Part shown: one piece after another, positions 60,625 through 64,000 of the stretch
How positions within the stretch are numbered: the stretch's first letter is position 1
How the letters are laid out: each line of letters opens with the position of its first letter
DNA from: Thermoproteota archaeon
GTDB lineage: Archaea > Thermoproteota > Methanomethylicia > Methanomethylicales > Methanomethylicaceae
DNA length: 64,000 bases
Assembly: GCA_016882195.1 (NCBI GenBank)
Contig: VGLU01000002.1
Coordinates: 107,884 to 171,883, forward strand
Direction: 5' to 3'
Made by a program: the position numbers and the translations under genes
Notes under the pieces: generated by a model
The model's input: only the letters and a program-made list of their open reading frames with translations
The model's database searches: none
What the model was told of the DNA's origin: nothing

Positions 60625-62172
60625 TTGACCGGCAATGCGCCAACCGAGGATCGCCTTGGGCTGAACGTTCGCCTTAGGTACGCCTCCATCTTGAACTACG
60701 TCCTGAACATCGGAGGCATCTTCTTTGGATTCCTCTTCATCACCTTGGTGGCTAGAAGACTGACCGTAGAGGAGTACGGCGTCTGGGTCATGATATTGAG
60801 GTATGTTAGCTACCTCATAATACCTGGCGCGATCTACTCGTATTGGTTGCCCCGAAACATCAGCAGGGGTCAGAACACGTCCAGAACCGGGCTCTACACC
60901 TCGATTGTCTTTGGCTTTATCTTAGTGCCCTTCTACTTCCTAATGGTTCAGACAGTCTCGAGGGAACTGGATCAGCCCATATTCCCCTTGGCACTATCTT
61001 CCATCATCCTCCTCCTCGAATACATAAACACCTCCTTGGGCCCCATATCTTCTGGTCACGCACCGCAGATCACCGGATATGGGACTCTTGTTCTTAAGAT
61101 CGGTCAGGCGGTCTCTGCCTACCTGCTCATAGGCTTCTGGTCACTCGGGCTGGCGGGTGCCGTAATCGCCGCCGTGATAGGCAGAGTCTGCTTGAACGTC
61201 GTCTCCTTAATGATGAACAGGCACATCCTAAGGGGTTCAAGGTTCGATCCATCTGTACTCCGCTCGTGGCTCAGGGCGTCTTGGCTACCAATTTTTGCTG
61301 CCATCACACTCTTCATACCCACCTTCGACGTAGTCGTCGTGAGGATCTTCTTTGGTAGCGAGGTGCCTGTTGCCTATTACGGCATAGCGACGGGCCTGCT
61401 ATCCATCGCGCTTGTAACTGCCGTCGTATCGACCTCTCTATATCCAAAGATACTTGCGAAGAGGAATCTGGAGGATCTGAGGGAGGGGATCTGGTTGATA
61501 CTACTGCTGTCTCTGCCGGTTCTCTACCTCATCCTGCTCTACGCAGAGCCGTTATCTGCCTTATTCGGGGTGAAATATCTGCCGGTGGCCTGGCCTTTGC
61601 GGGTCCTCGCCGTGGCCTCCCTGCTCCAGCTGCTCTCTGGACTTGCGGGGATAGCCTACTTTGGACTGGAGGGCGCAGACGAGGAGGCCCTTTCGTCGAA
61701 GATTCTGCTCAGGTCTGCCATATTTAAGAGCAACTTGGTGAACTTCATCATTGGCTTACTCTATTTGGCCTCTTTGGCGGCGCTCTCCTTCTTGGCTCTT
61801 ACCGCAACGTCGTACGTGGAGCTCTGGGGGGTAGCCTCGATAATCTCTTATGCCCTCTCATTTGTTATCCTAACAATGTTGATCAAGAGGGACTTCGGTC
61901 AAACCTTCCCCTTCCGAACCATTGCAAGAGATTTTGTAACCTTCACAGTGCCTGCCATTCCCATGTGCATTCCATTCCTGTTGTTCAGAGTGCAGGTGGC
62001 GGAGATCTTCTACCAGATGGTATTGAACCTAATCCCTCCGGCTCTTGCGTCTCTTCTGCTTTACTTTGCGACGTTATACGCTATAGAAGGTAAGTTCAGG
62101 TCTACGGTAAGGGATGCCGTAAGGAGGCTCCTCTTCATCAATAACAAACAAAGAAATGGCATTGGTACCTGA
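60625..62172 (+). CDS. Oligosaccharide/polysaccharide flippase (MOP/Wzx-like)
   Basis: 515 aa, roughly 12-14 TM helices typical of Wzx/MATE-like flippases. Confidence 0.65.
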   Translation: MTGNAPTEDRLGLNVRLRYASILNYVLNIGGIFFGFLFITLVARRLTVEEYGVWVMILRYVSYLIIPGAIYSYWLPRNISRGQNTSRTGLYTSIVFGFILVPFYFLMVQTVSRELDQPIFPLALSSIILLLEYINTSLGPISSGHAPQITGYGTLVLKIGQAVSAYLLIGFWSLGLAGAVIAAVIGRVCLNVVSLMMNRHILRGSRFDPSVLRSWLRASWLPIFAAITLFIPTFDVVVVRIFFGSEVPVAYYGIATGLLSIALVTAVVSTSLYPKILAKRNLEDLREGIWLILLLSLPVLYLILLYAEPLSALFGVKYLPVAWPLRVLAVASLLQLLSGLAGIAYFGLEGADEEALSSKILLRSAIFKSNLVNFIIGLLYLASLAALSFLALTATSYVELWGVASIISYALSFVILTMLIKRDFGQTFPFRTIARDFVTFTVPAIPMCIPFLLFRVQVAEIFYQMVLNLIPPALASLLLYFATLYAIEGKFRSTVRDAVRRLLFINNKQRNGIGT

Positions 62173-62656
62173 GGGGCATACCTGGCACTAATCGCCCCTC
62201 CTTTTGCAACTGCTTCGGGCTCAAGAACTCCACGTATTTGGCGAGCTCCTCTTGCCTCTTCTCCCGCATAAAATCTAGAACCTTCTTCATTAACGCGGAA
62301 CTGCCAACGAACTCCGTATGCGCCCTCGACATGACCGCCGCGCTTCCTCTAACGTCGTTCGCAGCAAGTAGCCTCTTCCCTTCTCTATAATGTTCCTCTA
62401 TCTTGGCGCTCCATACCTTGAGCGCCTCCGCATCCTCCTTCATCTCCTCGGGCAGGCTCTTCCCTAACAGTAAGAGCCCTCCAGCTAATGCCTCCAGCTC
62501 CTTCAGGTGCAGCTCCGCCAGCGCGAAGTCCTTCGTTGAATTCGGGTTCTTGAGGGTCCCTATGCCCTCCCGGTACGACGCCATCCTGCCAGCTTTTGCC
62601 CCCATATCGACGAGATCTGAGGTTCCAATGGGGCAACTGTCTGCCAGACTCAGCAA
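62138..62656 (-). CDS. Hypothetical soluble protein
   Basis: 172 aa, K/E-rich helical composition. TTG start. Convergent 35-nt overlap with the flippase 3' end. Confidence 0.35.
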   Translation of the reverse strand: MLSLADSCPIGTSDLVDMGAKAGRMASYREGIGTLKNPNSTKDFALAELHLKELEALAGGLLLLGKSLPEEMKEDAEALKVWSAKIEEHYREGKRLLAANDVRGSAAVMSRAHTEFVGSSALMKKVLDFMREKRQEELAKYVEFLSPKQLQKEGRLVPGMPLRYQCHFFVCY

Positions 62657-63001
62657 TGACGCAACCCGTTTTCCCTCACCGCTGACCTTTCACCCTCCTC
62701 TTAAGGAAGTCGCCCTCCCTCTCCTCCTCCAGCAGTCCTGCCTTCTTTACAAGGCGCTCGTATATCTCCTCGCGCAACAATAGCGTCGTCTTTACAGGCA
62801 ATCGGTCACCGTATATGTACACCGTACAATATCTAGTAAATCTTACTGGTTCGCATTAGAGACCTTTCAGAAACCCCAAACCTTCCCCGTCTTGGCAAGT
62901 CCCAACCCATTTGAGTCGTTTCGCTCGCTGGGGTCAGGTATCTTAGTATCATACGTTGCCTTATGCAGCGTTATGCGTAAGTGGCTCCCGAAATAGACAC
63001 T

Positions 63002-63940
63002 TTATTTTTGGTTGCGGTAGTACTCGACCGTCCTCCTGATCCCTTCCTTTAGGGATACCTTAGCCCGAAAGGTCAGGAGGCGCTGGGCTTTCGCCGTGTC
63101 TGCCTGCGTGTTCATGACGTAGTTCTTTATCGGGTTGGGGACGTAGGTGGGCTTAATGGAGGTGCCGAGTTCCTTGTTGAGGAGTTCTATTATCGTGTTG
63201 AAGGAGGTGGCGATGCCGGTGCCGACGTTTACGACCTCCCCCTTCAGACCGGACTTCATCGCCAAAATGCTCGCCTCGACAACGTCCTTCACGAATGTGA
63301 AGTCCCTCGTTTGGGTCCCGTCGCCGTAGATAACCGGTCTCTCCCCCTTCATCATCCCCCACAGGAACTGGGAGATGTTGTTCGCGTACCTCCCCTTGTA
63401 CTCCTCCTGGGGACCGTAGACGCTGAAGTACCTGAGCCCCACCACGCGGAGACCGTAGAGCTCTGCGTAGAGCGAGGTAGCGAGCTCCCTGGCATAGAAG
63501 GAGTACTCGTAGAAGCTCCCTGGCATTACAAGCATGTCCTCGCGGTGGGGCGGCTTGCACCTGCCGTAGAGGCTGCTCGTGGAGGCGTACACAACCGGGA
63601 AGTCCCTCCGCCGGGCGGCGTCCATGACATTCAAGAAGCCCTTCAGGTTTACTTCTATCCCCTCCCTAGGGTCTGGAGAGAACATGGGTGCCGAGCTCCT
63701 CGCTGCTACGTGGAAGACCCCTGCAACATCCTTCGTCAGCTCCTCCACAAGGCTCGCGTCCCTCACGTCGCCTATTACAAGACTGACCTTCTTGGACGGG
63801 AGCCCCTTGAGGTTCTCCTCCTTCCCTAGGCTCATGTCGTCTAGGACCGCGACCTCATAATCCTCTCTCACGAGCCTCCGCACGATGTTACATCCTATGA
63901 AGCCTGCTCCGCCAATCACCAGAAACTTCATACCATTCAC
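63002..63940 (-). CDS. NAD-dependent nucleotide-sugar 4-epimerase (WbpP/GalE-like)
   Basis: FLVIGGAGFIGCNIV Rossmann motif, YxxxK region; 312 aa. Confidence 0.8.
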   Translation of the reverse strand: MNGMKFLVIGGAGFIGCNIVRRLVREDYEVAVLDDMSLGKEENLKGLPSKKVSLVIGDVRDASLVEELTKDVAGVFHVAARSSAPMFSPDPREGIEVNLKGFLNVMDAARRRDFPVVYASTSSLYGRCKPPHREDMLVMPGSFYEYSFYARELATSLYAELYGLRVVGLRYFSVYGPQEEYKGRYANNISQFLWGMMKGERPVIYGDGTQTRDFTFVKDVVEASILAMKSGLKGEVVNVGTGIATSFNTIIELLNKELGTSIKPTYVPNPIKNYVMNTQADTAKAQRLLTFRAKVSLKEGIRRTVEYYRNQK

Positions 63941-64000
63941 TGTAAATTATTCTCCTCTCTGTATTTATAAAAGTCATTCAAACATCAAATGAAACAGAAT

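Noticed and set aside
62403-62783. 126-aa Ser-rich plus-strand ORF
   Set aside because: It is low-complexity and antisense to a more protein-like K/E-rich ORF (62138..62656). Neither is strongly supported, so only the minus-strand one is kept, at low confidence.

Overview
Archaeal chromosomal segment of about 55% GC. Supporting signs: aRF1 with NIKS and GGQ motifs, an archaeal-type UMP kinase, a tRNA-Leu with a 15-nt intron at the canonical 37/38 site, and dense N-glycosylation machinery. Four blocks are visible. (1) 1-9260, minus strand: acetyl-CoA synthetase, a truncated SatP-like ORF and a six-gene Ech-type (group 4) [NiFe] hydrogenase operon in which the NuoC/EchD-like subunit is fused to a GltD/NfnB-like FAD/NAD(P)H oxidoreductase; the block ends in a partial thioredoxin-reductase-like gene at the window edge. 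(2) 9400-14200: an acetate/amide uptake and catabolism block (UspA-DUF485 fusion, ActP-like symporter, urea-transporter-like channel, AmiE/AmiF-type amidase) bounded by two divergent promoter regions that share a tandem ATAATTAYAA motif. (3) 14331-27250: a giant glycosylated surface protein with two M1-like gluzincin motifs, a standalone LigD phosphoesterase-domain protein, tRNA-Ile(GAT), tRNA-Ala(CGC), housekeeping proBAC, aRF1, pyrH and an intron-containing tRNA-Leu(CAA). (4) 29950-64000: a roughly 34 kb mosaic-GC cell-surface glycan biosynthesis island. It contains a plant-RGP/UDP-arabinopyranose-mutase-like GT75 homologue, a split Alg14/Alg13 pair, a WbpA/B/E/D-like UDP-GlcNAc3NAcA pathway, GDP-fucose genes, a B12-radical-SAM enzyme, a flippase and several methyltransferases and glycosyltransferases. 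Embedded in it are a 2-oxoacid chain-elongation operon with a PTA-like and a TPP-dependent enzyme, and a TiaS-kinase-like protein. No CRISPR array, integrase or transposase was found. All calls come from reading the ORF translations and sequence by eye; no database search was run.
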